Below, piece after piece: positions 1-19,333 of a DNA stretch of 64,000 nt (its first letter is position 1; the number at the start of each line of letters is the position of its first letter). This DNA is from the human T2T-CHM13v2.0 reference genome, Homo sapiens, in NCBI RefSeq assembly GCF_009914755.1, contig NC_060942.1, one strand, 5' to 3'. The notes beneath the pieces are model-generated. The model saw only the letters and a list, made by a program, of their open reading frames with translations. It was not told the DNA's origin and did no database searches. A program made the translations under genes and the position numbers.

Positions 1-1351
1 GTAAGACCCTGTCTCTAAAAAAAAAAAAAAAAAAAAAGCATCCAAGCATCCCTCAAATCTCAGCCCATGGTGACCCCTTAGAATTCCCATTGCATATCTA
101 CTATGCAGCCATTGATGGTATACTGCCCTTTACCTTGCCTAGTCACCCTCAGCATGTCTGACTCGACTCTAAGGGACCTCAAGGGTGAGGTCCCTTAAAG
201 CAAGAGTTTCATGATCTCCAGTGTGTTCTGAGACTCCTGCAGTGCCCAGCGCCCTCCTCAGTGCACAGGTGACAGACCCCTACTTCCAGATTTCCCAAGA
301 ACCCTTCACATGGCCACTGTCAGGCTGGATAAAAGCCAGCTACATCTCTCTGCTGGGAGGCGCACAGTGCAGTATGGAGTTGGCGTGACTTGTGGTTTTG
401 CCCACATCATAACCAAGTCCCTGGCATAGTGGAATTACTAACAATGAAGCTGTATCTCACATTTGTGATTTTGTTTGAAAGGATTCTGCTCATCAGCTCA
501 TCCATTTTCATCAAGTATCTCAGCGTGCCCCACGTGTGCTAATGTAAAGCGTACGGATTAAATTCTAATAGGATCAGCAACATACCCGCCCAGGACAAAA
601 AAATCTAGCCCGTGTGGTCCTAAGGCACATGCATTATGTTTAGGGAGGGGAGAAATCTCAGAGGCAGGGAAGCCTGCGAAGGTTGGAAACATCCAGCAGA
701 ATCTGGGTAGGTAGAAACTCTCCCAGGGAGAAACGCCTTATGCGCTGAGCAGGGGCTGTGAGAAGAGGGGCCTGGGCCGGCCTGATGAAGTGCAGGGTGC
801 AGCTGAGAAACTCTGAGAGAACTGGCTGAGGTCGCCTTGGCTGAGCGAGACCGGGAAGCAGCTCGGGCTGGGCAGAGCAGCCTGCACTGAATCCAGGCGT
901 GATCAAGACCCAGTGCAGGTCACCAGGCAGAGGTGGCTAGAGATAAGATGCATGTAGTGTAGACAGATCAGCAAGGAGCCTTTCTCAATTCTCCATGGGA
1001 GGGAAGACACAGTGTCCTGAGAGCTGGAACAAATCACAGGAAGGATCTGCCCTGGGCAGTGACTTAGCCTGTACTCAGAGAGGCCTGAGTGTCTGAGCAG
1101 GTAACCTCTAGCATTACTGAGCTAGTAACCACTGGATTTATTAAGGACCTACTGTGGGACCTCAGACACTGCCGGCTGCTGTCTGCTTGATCTGTCACCC
1201 CTGTAGCCCCACTGTGGGGTGACTGAGGAGGGACTGCGGCTGAGAGAGGTGGAGCCACTTGCAGTCCAGGATCACACAGGGAGTGATGGTGCAGGCCAGT
1301 GACCCGAGCTTGACTCAAGACCCATGTGTGAACGCTGGAACCTGCTGATAG

Positions 1352-1528
<177 letters not shown>

Positions 1529-1626
1529 TAACACTCAGCACTGCTGTGCTTAACTATTCTTGAATTAGATAATCTCTAACTAATATGTAAAGTATAGCAT
1601 TTATAGATTATGATGCTCCTTCCTTA

Positions 1627-2575
<949 letters not shown>

Positions 2576-2803
2576 ACTTAAGCATCCCAAATTTACATGT
2601 GTCTTTTGGGGTGGGCTCTTCATCAAGTGCGTTACTGAAGCAACCAGTGGTGCGCGGCGCACCTGCAGGCTGTTCTGTGACTGAATAGTCCTATCACTGA
2701 ATGAATGTTTTTGTGGAACTGAGTAGCTGCTGGGTGTGTACTTTCTTGTAACTCCACAGTGAGGATGTCTAACTGAGGTGCTTTCCTTTTTCTCCCCACC
2801 AAG

Positions 2804-2924
2804 ATGTCACAGCTATCATTTACGTCGCAGCCTGCAGTAGCTACAACATGGTGATTCGAGAAGATAACAACACCAACAGGCTGAGAGAGTCCCTGGATCT
2901 TTTTGAAAGCATCTGGAACAACAG
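2804..2924 (+). CDS. GNAL: GNAL coding exon
   Basis: ccaccaag|AT...ACAACAG|gtgac; 121 bp. Encodes (D)[39 protein letters not shown](R); phase matches both neighbouring exons. Confidence 0.97.
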
Positions 2925-3429
2925 GTGACAAAAATAGCAAATTCAGTCTTACCATTGGATTGCAAATTTTCTTTTGTTAAAAATACGCTCAGGCCAGGCG
3001 TTGTGGCTCACACCTGTAATCTCAACACTGGGAGGCCGAGGCAGGTGTGTCACTTGAGCTCAGCAGTTGGAGACTAGCCTGGGCAACATGGAGAAACCCT
3101 GTCTCTACAAAAAATACAAAAATTAGCCAGGTGTGGTGGTGCACACCTGCCCAGTGACTCAGGAGCTTGAGGTAGGGGGATCACTTGAGCCCAGGAGGTA
3201 AGGGTTGCAATGAGCTGAGATCACACTACTGCACTCCTGCCTGGGCAACAGAGCAAGACCTTGTCTCAAAACACACACACATACCTACACCCACACCCAC
3301 ACACCCACACACTCTCTTTACTGATAAATCCAGAACCGTACGAAGTATCTCTTTTAGTTCATCTATTGTATAGATATACTTAAAATGTGGAATATTTTTT
3401 TTTATTATTTTTTTTTTATTTTGAGATAG

Positions 3430-3528
<99 letters not shown>

Positions 3529-3784
3529 TGAGTAGCTGGGACTACAGGCGCCCTCCACCACACCCAGCTAATATTTTGTATTTTTAGTAGAGACCGGGTT
3601 TCACCATGTTAGCCAGGATGGTCTTGATCTCCTGACCTCGTGATCCACCCACCTCGGCCTCCCAAAGTGCTGGGATTACAGGCGTGAGCCACCGCACCCG
3701 GCCAATGTGGAGTATTCTTTGATGAAGTTCTGATAGTTCTTTGTCAAGAAAATTTAAGTCTCTGTTTTGAAAGGCTAAGATTAT

Positions 3785-4880
<1,096 letters not shown>

Positions 4881-5451
4881 TCACAATCACCACATAATCA
4901 TGTTTGAAACTACTAGCATTGCAGATTGGCAGAAGTGATTATTTCAGAAAGGAATATTTAGCGCGCACACACACAATACATACATATATAGTTAGAAATC
5001 AAAGTTTCTTCTGAAATATTTTGGAAGAAATATTACCAAGGAGGAGAGGAAACATAAGTTTACCTTATAAAAGTTTTGGATTATCAGAAAAGTGTTTTTG
5101 TATGAAATGTTCAACAACCATCCTCAAATTTGTGGTAATAAGACTGTTAATAGGAAAGAAACAGGGTCAGGAAATACCAGGTATACAGAAGGATACTATA
5201 GAGTTATTATGAATTTATTTATAAACACTATATGTGTAAGTGGGAAAATGACCACAATCTTCTTATAGGAAAAAGCTGATTTTAAAACACTATGATCTCG
5301 TTTTTAAGTATGTGTGAGGACAGAAAAAAACTTGGGCATGAAAACATAAAATTTCTGTAGTAATTGTTTCTGGGTATAATTACATTTGATTTTTTTCTGT
5401 ATGTTTTTCTATAAGATTTGTTTTTACAAAGGTTATATATTTTATTACTAG

Positions 5452-5790
<339 letters not shown>

Positions 5791-6110
5791 TGAGCCACCA
5801 CACGTGGCCAAATTGTGTTATTAATTGATAGTAAGATTCCTGTAGACTAATCAGTTAGCTTGATTCCTTTGAAGTGATGGAGGCGGAAGAAGAACCAAGC
5901 CAGCTGCATGTTAAGCTCTGTGTTATTAGCTAATGAGTCATATATTACTTTGTTGTTGTTAACACTTTCACTTCTAATGTGAGTTTTCCGACCTTTTATT
6001 GGTAAATTACACCACAGAAATTCAAGTGAACTCATTACATAAGTAAATCTTAGCTTTGGTTCCAATAAATCTATATCCCCCATGGGACTGAATTAGAAAG
6101 TGCTTAACTA

Positions 6111-6347
6111 CAGATTGAGTATCCCTTATCCGAAATGCTTGGGACCAAAAGTGTTTAAGATTTCTTGTTGTTGTTGTTTTTTGGAATAGTTGCATTATAC
6201 TTACTAGTCCAGCATCCCTAATATGAAAATGCAAAGTGTCAAATGCTCCGACAAGCATTTCCTTCGAGCATCATGTCAGTGCTGAAAAAGTTTTGGATTT
6301 TGAAGCATTTTGGATTTTGTGTTTTTGGATTAGGGATGCTCAACCTG
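6111..6347. mobile_element. Tigger4a/MER46-like MITE
   Basis: Terminal inverted repeats cagattgagtatccct / agggatgctcaacctg, with TA on both sides. Confidence 0.88.
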
Positions 6348-6499
6348 TACCTATATTTGTTTATCATTCTTTACAGATGGAATGAGGATACTGGTGTACT
6401 GAACTTTCTTGAATCCTATACATTTTTAGGAAGACGATGGTATTCTTTTAATTTAGCAACTTCTATGTTAGAGGCACTTTCATGTACTAGTGTATGTGA

Positions 6500-6694
<195 letters not shown>

Positions 6695-8590
6695 TAGAAT
6701 TGTTTTATTAATAGTCCTGTAACTCTAATTCACATACCTCTGATGAATCAAAGAAATTCACTTTATTTAAATCAATTTTCTTTCTACTGCCCATATCCTA
6801 AAGTATTAGAGTGTTACAAGGTCCTATTTGTAATCGGATCCCATTTGTAAATGTTTCCGAGTTTGACTTTCCATTGAAACCGTGCAGCAGAAGAAAGAGC
6901 CATTTTGGGATGTGACTGTGTCATGCTGGTATGAGCTCTCCCTCTAGTGCCTTTGGCTGGGTGTGACATGACAGGTGCCTTGTTAGTCCTTGATACAGAC
7001 CTTCTCACTTCACCCTCAGATGACCCTGCATGGTAGTTTCTATTATTTTTTCCCGTGGAAAGAGAGTCTGAGAGAGGAGAGATAGCGTGTTCAAAGCCAC
7101 ACGGGTAGAGTCATGCAGGCAAGGCAGTCCTTGCACCCTTTGTCCCCAAGCCCATGCTGGCAGCAGCCGCGCTTATCTGCTCCTGTCTCTAGCCTTGCTG
7201 TGGCTGCAGCCTTGGGGATTTCCAGCAGGGCCAGCAGCCATCCCAGGCCACCTGAGACTGAGGGGTTTCCGGGGCACGGGACCGTCAGTGCTAAAGCTGG
7301 GAAGGTAGACCAGGAAGAGTTGGTCACTCCGTTTCCAGTCGCTTACACTTCAGTTTCCAGTGAACACCAGGTCTACCAGAGGCTCATAGGAGTGATTTAA
7401 GGTGAAATAACACCGCTTCTTACATCTTGAATTCCAAACTAGAAAACGCAGAATAAAAGACACTTTCCTGGAAAATATAGTTAAGATTTGGAAAATTTAT
7501 TTTTTATCCTCAATGAAGAGGGAAAAGAAAACTTGCATTTGTCATTAAACTTTTTTGCTCCTTATGTTCAATGTTCTTTTCTCCCTCATGGGAGAGGCAT
7601 TATATAAGTATATTCATAGTAAAATCCTGACCCTTGTGGGGCCTTCCAACAAAATCCTACTGCTATCACCTGTGTCATAAAGACCCGAAAAAAATTCCTA
7701 CTGCTACATATTTCCTTATAGGAATAAATAATAGACATTGGAAATGGGCCTGAGCACCAGCTCTGCCTGTGGTCTCACCAGACCCAGCTGCTTTCATGAG
7801 CCACCAGCAGTCTCCGCACCCGCCAGAGGGTCACTCAGCGTGAGGTCAAGGTCCAGGCTCTTCCTGAGACCAAATCAAGTGGAAATCTCATTGCAGTTCA
7901 TCACTGCCTTGCTCTACCCGCAGCCTGATGATGTGCTTTCCAGGACTGAGGCCGGGTGCCGCTTGCCCATGGCACATCATCAGAGCATGGCTTCTGCTGC
8001 GCTTTCTGTGGCTGGCATTGCCAGTTTCCCAGCAAGCTGGGTCTTTAATTCTCCCGCTAACCGCCTCTTGCCACCTCCTGTCACTCAGCTCAGGCAGTGG
8101 CTCGGCGGCCGGGGGGTCCTTCCAACAGGGTCTGCCTCCCCAGGCCCTTCCCTCTTTCCCTCCTCATGGCTGTGGTCCAGGCCCTCACTCCTCTCGTCTC
8201 AGCAGCTGCCACAGCTTCCTGCCTGACCTCCTGTAGCTGGTCACTCACCTTTCCAGAACATTCTGTGAACTACCAAAGTCACCCTTCTGAGACACAACCT
8301 TACCTGCTTAGGAGCACCAAGGAGAAGCACCACCACTGGCTGACAGCCAAGGCCACCTGCCCAGCCGCGGGTGCTGAAGGGCTTCCGTCCAGGGGCTGAG
8401 GGGACCCTGGCTTGCTGCCTCGGTGCCAGGCCCAGTGACTGCTCTTCACCCAGCAGCATGCGTCATCTCCATCTGTGCCCTGCCTCTCCCAAGAGACTCA
8501 CCCATCCCTGAGCATCTGCAGCACCTGCTGGAAGCCTGGGACCACCATCAACTCCAACGTCAACTCTCACTTAGCAATTAAAAGGAACTA

Positions 8591-9589
<999 letters not shown>

Positions 9590-10051
9590 TCACTGGGTGC
9601 TGCACCCTCCCTTCTATGAATCTGTGAGTAAGTGTCCTCACAGCCTCACACACCCTGCAACAGAGAAGGCAGAGAGTGGTAAGAACACTCAGCTGTGTCG
9701 CCTAGATCTCAGATTTCGTGGGGTTACAGAAAATAATGATAGGACCACATGAATGTGGACTCTTCCGGGGGAGAATGCCTCAGAAAGGCCTAGAGCTAGA
9801 GGGTCGGCCATAGTGATCTGGGTGCTCCGCATGCCTGAGTGGGGAGCAGGAACAGGGAAGGGGAGTCTCAGAAGAGGAGGCTGATGGAAGCTGAGAGGCA
9901 GTCCATGGAGGCCCTGCCAGTGCTGCCCCCAGGGAGGCCAGGGCCCAGCTCCTGTGCCTGGAGGCTCCGAGCTTTCCTCTCCCAACAGCTCTGCAGGGAG
10001 GGCAGCTCTGGGGCTCAGGCAGGTCAGTAGGATTTCTCCCCCACCCCAGCC

Positions 10052-10836
10052 TGTCTTGCTTGCGCTGCTGTAACAAAATACCTTAGGCTGGTGATAGGAT
10101 TTAGATCTGTGTCCCTAACCAAATCTTTTGTGGAATTGTAATCCCCAGTGTTTGAGGTGGGGCCTGGTGGGAGGTGACTGGATCTTGGGGATGGATCATT
10201 TTTGAATGGTTTAGCACCATCCTCTTGACACTGTTTTCAAGATAGTGAATGGGTTCTGCAACAGCAGGTCATTTAACAGGGTGTAGCACCTCCCCCATCT
10301 CTCTCTCGCTCCTGCCCTGGCCACGTGAGATGTCTCACTCCCTGTGCATCTTCTGCCATGATTGGAAGCTTCCTGAGGCCTCCCCAGAAGCCTAGCAGAT
10401 ACCAGCATCGTGCTTCCCGTACAGCCTGCAGAACCATGAGCCAATTAAACCTCTGTTCTTTATAAATTACCCAGTCTCAGGTATGTCTTTATAGCAATGC
10501 AAGAATGGACTAACACAGCTGGATAATTTATGAACAACAGAAATGTATTAGTCACAGTACTGGAGGCTGAAATGTCAAAGATTAAGACACCGGCCGATTC
10601 AGTGTCTGGTAAGGGTTTCTCTGCTTCATAGATGGCACTGTCTCATTTCCTCCTCACATGGTGGAGAGGGTGAGGGGTCTCTCTCAGGCCTCTTACAAGG
10701 ATATAATCCCATCCATGAAGGCGGAGCCCTCGTGACCTCATCACCTCTCAAAGGCTGCCCCTCTTGATATTGTTGCATTGGAGATTAGCAGTCAACATAT
10801 GAATTTGGAGGAGACAAAAACATTGAGACCATAGCA
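10052..10836. mobile_element. MLT1A-like MaLR LTR (-) interrupted by an MSTA-like LTR (+, 10092-10517)
   Basis: The inner element runs TG...CA with a 5-bp TSD GCTGG (10087-10091 / 10518-10522). Both match recalled MaLR consensus. Confidence 0.82.
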
Positions 10837-10932
10837 CCCCCAGAGAAAAGTTTTATCAGAGCAATAACTATTAAAATGATGTAGGAGAAGAGGGCAATGA
10901 AAATTACATGTTTGGCTGGGCGCAGTGACTCA

Positions 10933-11226
<294 letters not shown>

Positions 11227-11282
11227 TTAATGCTGGGAATATACAGCAGTCTAACGTTGAAATTCCTTCTGTGTTTTCGTAG

Positions 11283-11495
<213 letters not shown>

Positions 11496-12009
11496 TAATC
11501 TTCCTTAACATTACGAGCGATGACAAAGGGTATGTTACTTTAATTTCACAGCTGAGCACACCGAGGTTCAGAGAGGTTAGATTTCTCACCCAAGGTCACA
11601 CAGCTTCCAACCAGCAGAGCCTGGGTGAGAACACAGCGTTCCAGGGAATGGCACTTGGATGGGCTAGACTTCATTCACTTGTTGTATTTTCCAAAAAGGA
11701 CAGCGTCCTTCAGCAGAGTCTAAGCACCCATACTCTTCCTCCATCCAAAAGCACTAACAGGCTGATGGTTTATGTAAAAATGGATGTGCTCAAATTCAGA
11801 TATTTACTTTTTTTTCTTCAGCTTTTTGAGATTATTTCAAACTTACATATGAGGCAGAAGATTTGTACAAATAACTCCCATATACTCAGGCCGGGTGCGG
11901 TGGCTCATGCCTGTCATCCCAGCACTTTGGGAGGCTGAGGCAGATGGATCACCTGAGGTCAGGAGTTCGAGACTAGCCTGGCCAACATGGTGAAACCCCA
12001 TCTCTACTA

Positions 12010-12252
<243 letters not shown>

Positions 12253-13012
12253 CTATATTATTTTCTTTGAAATAACCTACAGCGTGTAGCTAGCTGTGAG
12301 TTTTTACTCGCTTCAAACTATTACATGCCAAGGCATTCCCAAGGGCGTGTTCCCGGTAGTACTCCAAGTGCACTTAACACGTGTGGACAAGATCTTAGTC
12401 CAGGTAGCAGTAGGGCTGATCCTCGGCTGTGGGGCCTTTCCACGGGGACCGGCACTCCAGCCTGGCCTTTCACCACCCTTTTCCCGGCACACCCCTGTGG
12501 GATGACTCTTGAATCCTACAGTGAGTTAGAAAGTAACAATGAGGAGAAATCAAGGCCCCAGGGTGAGTTCAGAGGACAAGTGTTCCCCCAGAAGTGCATG
12601 GCCGTAAGTGCATGGCAATACCCAGAGAGCTTCTGCGCTGAATAAATCTGGGACATGCTATGTTAAATACAGCAAGAGAGCCTTTACTTAAGCCAATTAA
12701 TGTGCATTGCAAATCTCTTCAATAAGGGAATTTAGTTTGTAATAGCTCAAGGGATCCCTTTTTTAAGGAGCATTTTGTAAGACCATAGCACATAAAGACA
12801 CAAGAAAATGCTGTTCTAATGAGAACTAAATGTTAATTAAGCATGCATATGTTGGGCATTTAAATGAAGATTAGAAACATCCAGGCCGGATGCAGTTGCT
12901 CATGCATGTAATCCCAACACTTTGGGAGGCCAAGGCAGGTGGATCACCTGAGGCCAGAAGTTCGAGATCAGCTAGACAACATATCGAGACCTCATCTCTA
13001 CAAAAAATTTTA

Positions 13013-13186
<174 letters not shown>

Positions 13187-13287
13187 CTATTTGAAGCAAC
13201 GACCTTTGTAATGACTCCATTCCCTTAATTTTAAAGCTCTAGACAGGGACGAATAGTCACACTATTACAGAAGAAAGCCTTTTTTAG

Positions 13288-13455
<168 letters not shown>

Positions 13456-13673
13456 TAAATTTTATAGAGATACAGCCTTGCTATGTTGGCCAGGCTGGTC
13501 TCAAACTCCTCGCCTCAAGTGATCCTCCTGCCTCCACCTCCCAAAGTGCTGGGATTACAGGTGTGAGCCACTGCACCCAGCCAAAAGCCTATTTTTCATC
13601 CATTCACTACACACTTACTGTGTATGTGCCAAATACCTCACCTGGTGCTTTGGGATTAAAAAGATATATAACT

Positions 13674-13830
13674 GGTTGGGGGAGGGGGGAGGGATAGCAT
13701 TAGGAGATACACCTAATGTAAATGACGAGTTAATGGGTGCAGCACACCAACATGGCACATGTATACATATGTAACAAACCTGCACGTTGTGCACATGTAT
13801 CCTAGAACTTACAGTATAATATATATATAT
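13674..13830 (+). mobile_element. 5'-truncated L1PA 3' end
   Basis: G-rich tract followed by gggatagcattaggaga...catggcacatgtatacatatgtaacaaacctgcacgttgtgcacatg, then an AT tail. Confidence 0.92.
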
Positions 13831-14092
13831 TAAAAATATATATATATAACCTACTCATTTTAGTGTCCATAAGTTTTTTTTTTAATGCTCAAGAGAAGCC
13901 TGACTATTGCTAAAATAGGTCTATCCCCGTGAGGAGTTTCATACCTCATGACATCTTTAGGATACCCTTTCTGTGGTCCAAGCAGCTCTCTAAAGGCTGT
14001 TTCCCAGGATCGAAAAAGGAGTGGAGGGGATGAGGAGGAGGCCCAGGGATTCCCGTGGCACCAAGGAAGAAGGTGAGCTTCCACAGGACCTC

Positions 14093-14408
14093 TGTCTAAG
14101 TCTGCCCAGGCTGCCATAACAAAGTGCCGCAGAGGCTGAGTGTCTTAAACAGCAGAAATGTATTTCTCACAGCTCTGGAGGCTGGAAGTCTGAAATCAAG
14201 GTGCGGGGTCTTCCCTCGCACATGGCTGCATCCTCCTGGTTTCCTCTTCTCTCTAGGACACCAGTCATATTGCATTAGGGCCCACCCTAATGACCTCATT
14301 TTACCGTAATTGCCTCTGTAAAGGCCTTATCTCCAAATATAGTCACATCTGAGGTGCCAGTCGTCAGGGATTCCACACAACTTCAGGGAACACAATTTGG
14401 CCCTAACA
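14093..14408 (-). mobile_element. MLT1-family MaLR LTR
   Basis: ggctgccataacaaagtgcc...aacagcagaaatgtatttctcacagctctggaggctggaagtc; typical MLT1 ends. Confidence 0.75.
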
Positions 14409-14705
14409 GCCTGTCCCCACACCCACTGCACTTAGCTTCATAGTGCACATTAGCACATCACTGAGGTGGTCCCCACAAACCATGATTCGTAATGTCTAAC
14501 CCTGTTTCTCAGGTACTTGATAACAGATCACTTTTCTCCCAGAAGGCAGCAAACGTTCCCCCGATAACCAGGGGACACCCTGCTTAGCAGATGCTAAACT
14601 GCCCCTGTGTGGAGGCCGCCACCGGGCCGCTGCACCGTCCAATACAGAACCACTGGGCACATATGGACATTTAATTAAAACTAGCTGGCCGGGCGCGGTG
14701 GCTCA

Positions 14706-15319
<614 letters not shown>

Positions 15320-15677
15320 CTAATTAGAAATCAGCCCCTTGGTGGTATCAGCTAGATAGCGACTATCATATTGGCAGGGCAGATAGTGGACATTCCCATT
15401 GTCACAGAAAACTCTGTTCAGACCTTCCTTTTTGGAAGCTCCTCCCTTGACTTGCCTGCCGGGGCTTTCTCTGACCTATCCGTGCTGCTTCAGCCTCCTG
15501 GGGGCAATGATAAGGGTGAGGTTATCTGGGTCCTCGGCCGATGCTTGCATTGAGACCATTCCTGCCTCTAAGTGCTCCCATGCAAAACAAGCAGGCCACT
15601 GTCACCAAAGCCTCCAGCACCTGCTCAGCGTGGCCTAGTCCTTCCCCAGAGTACATGCTGGGGCCGCGCAGGGCTAG

Positions 15678-15845
<168 letters not shown>

Positions 15846-17114
15846 GGATGCTGCCGCCACCCTGCGACGGAGCGGCGCCCCGGACTGCCTGACTGCCAGC
15901 CCCATGCCATGGTAGGAGGCAGAGTCTCTAGTTCCATCTCGCTGCCGTCTGTCCCGTTCTGTGTCGACCACCAAGCCTCTGGCTACCTCTGTCCCCTCAG
16001 GTTTGGTTGTGTAGCTTCTGTTGTCATTGAATACGGCCTCCCGCAGCATCCCACCCCCAAACCACCGACTCTCATTGCCGACACTGCAGCAGAATCTCTC
16101 CGGGTGGGAGCCCCATTATTCATTCTCCCTTTATTGATTCATCGAGGAGAACTTGGTAGATGGGGAGAAAACACAGTTGGTTTTTTTTTCCACGTTATCA
16201 ACCGTGACTGCAAGAGCGTTCGTGCATGCCCTGAGCCACGGCCGTCTCTGATTCTCCCTTTATGAAGCTGCAGGCTGACGAGAGATGGTCCCTTCCCATT
16301 GGCCTTAGCCCAAGACTTGGAGTCGACCCCAAGCGACAGAGTGACCAGAAACCCTTTTACAGTCACATTCAGAGTCGCTGCTGGCCTCAGGCATTTGAAT
16401 TAGAGCTACTTTGAGCCTCTTAGGCAGAAAACCTACCACATTCACTACTGCAAAATGTGTCCTGTCTAAAAATGATTCTCTAAACTTTCCCTATACTTAG
16501 GCATAGTCTTCTTTCTTAGATTCTCTTTGTTGTTGTCCCTATTGCTGGTTTATTACACTGTACAGACCACAAAATGTAATATTCTTTTGTATAACTACTA
16601 AAGAAAAATCCTTGTAGATCTTTGTGCCTTCACCATGGCTATCTATACCTGTACATGAAATGTGTTTGTATTGTGCTGAAGAGCTTAATGTCAACATTAC
16701 CTGCTGCTTACTCTGAAAAAAGGAATGAATGGTAGCTGTAGAATTTAGGATATTTTATCAGGTTGGCACTTTATAAAATACTCCCTGATTTAAAAAATTG
16801 TAAGTTATACACGTTAATCATCCACATTCTATCGACAATGTACCAACATCACAAGCTGTTGCAACCACCTGCTGTTACTTCTCTGAGCTGTAAAAACCTG
16901 AACTCAATTCAGGGGCACAAATTGCAATCTAATCTTTTCAGGGAACCAGGGATTTTTTTCTCTCTCTCTAGACAATATGTTTCCTCATTAGTCTGCTAAT
17001 GAAACACTTCTTCAAGTTCCCCAAGTGGGAACAGGTCCATCATTCCCTTAGTCAAAACTTTGGACACAGGCTACGTCATACAAGTAAGCAAACAGTAAGA
17101 GAAAAACAAAATGT

Positions 17115-17423
<309 letters not shown>

Positions 17424-18204
17424 TCAATGTTTGTGTCTGGCCTAGGAGAATGAGGATGACAGCTTCACTTGCCTTTTGAAGAAGAAACATTACAAAACCT
17501 TAACCTGAAGTATAAAGTCAAAAGATACGGCTCTTTCTCACACTTGCAAGACTTACAAATACAGCCTCAAACATTATGACACACCAACAATATCTAGAAA
17601 GTAAGAACTGGTGTAGCAATGATGCTTCATATTCTAGCTGTAGCCACAGAGTTGAGGGTAGTTTTTGTAGGTCTAAAATAATCTATAAAGATGTCCAAAG
17701 TTAAATTTTCAACAATACAAATCTAGAGAAGTGACAGCCTACATTACTTCATTACTCTTCTTTTAGTCTTTAGTCTTTAATATTTTAAAGTTTACTCTAT
17801 AAATCAGCATTTTGTAATCCTTTATAAACTCATCCAGATTTAAATGCTACTTTTTCATGAAGAAAGGATGATAACTTTATAGACAGTCAGTGCAACACAC
17901 ACATTTTATCTCATCACCGTCTTACTGCCTCCCCATCCACTGTCTCATAAAGCCCTCAGCTGAACTAAGATAAATAATACAATGGAAATTATTTTCAGTT
18001 CCCCTTGCACTGTCAAAGTAAAACAAGAAAACTGAAAAGCTGCACCCCCAGCAAGAAAGGGAAGTATGCTGTTGTATGCATCATTACTCAACAATTACCC
18101 TCTAACTAAACATCCTGTTTAAGAGTTTAATTCAAACAACAGCCAGACTGTTAAGAAAAAAAACAAAAAGAATAACTTTTATCTGGCTTACAATTATTAA
18201 AGCA

Positions 18205-18210
18205 TTTATT
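18205..18210 (-). terminator. Candidate distal MPPE1 polyadenylation signal
   Basis: TTTATT on + (AATAAA on -). Other - strand candidates are at 18779-18784 and 18998-19003. Confidence 0.5.
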
Positions 18211-18399
18211 TTCAGGTACCAAAAGCCATATCCCATTCCACTTTTTAAGTTTCTTTTGATCACTGACAGGCATTAACAGATGTAGCAACGTGGTCTCCTA
18301 TAGAGAAAATTACACTTATCTAAAAATCTGATTCCATTAATTGATCAAGTATAAAAATCTACGAAAACAATATGTTCTGCACATCACATCTGTACTTTT

Positions 18400-18709
<310 letters not shown>

Positions 18710-19150
18710 TAAGGGTACAGCTTTACAGTACATAGGAATTTGAGAACCACTTCACAGGAAGAGGGAAACAGCCCAATATTTATTTATGTATACACATAAT
18801 CCCAAGTGTGTGCTGGGGCCACCAGGCCCTTCCTGGGGGAACAAGGACTGTCGTGCATGTGAGTGACGACATTAATAGCATTTACATACTGTACAGATGC
18901 AACCTTTGATGATACATATATTTGATAAAAATGAGAAAACAGATTTGTTGTAGAGTACCTGTCCACTTTTATAGCATGAGAACAGTACAATCAACTATTT
19001 ATTTTGCAGTTACTCATTTCAGTGATTGAGAATTTCTGTGCTGTGCAGAGAGACGGCCTGTAATTGGTCTCATCATCCACTTGATTCTAACATGATCTCT
19101 GCCCAAAGTTCCATTTCTTGGGCTTTGATATTTATAATGGCGCCTGCTCT

Positions 19151-19333
19151 TCATCTTGTCTTACGCTTTCCGAGCAAGTTCAAACCAGAAAGAAAAGGTG
19201 AGGCTAGAAGCCCAAAGTGAGTGAGTGTGAGGACCACAAGGAAGCCCACCACTCCACAGTAGATGATCAAAACCACATCCTCACGTGGGAGGTAGCACTT
19301 GGAGAGGGTGTAGTCTGTGGGCGTGATGCTACC
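19151..19333 (-). CDS. MPPE1: MPPE1 (PGAP5) last coding exon: TM helix and KxKxx ER-retrieval motif
   Basis: tcctttccag|GGT; encodes [60 protein letters not shown] then TGA. Confidence 0.96.
   Translation of the reverse strand, partial: GSITPTDYTLSKCYLPREDVVLIIYCGVVGFLVVLTLTHFGLLASPFLSGLNLLGKRKTR

Noticed and set aside
7738-8459. Overlapping ORFs in a GC-rich GNAL intron segment
   Set aside because: Low-complexity Pro/Ser/Leu translations expected from GC-rich DNA; no homology recognised.
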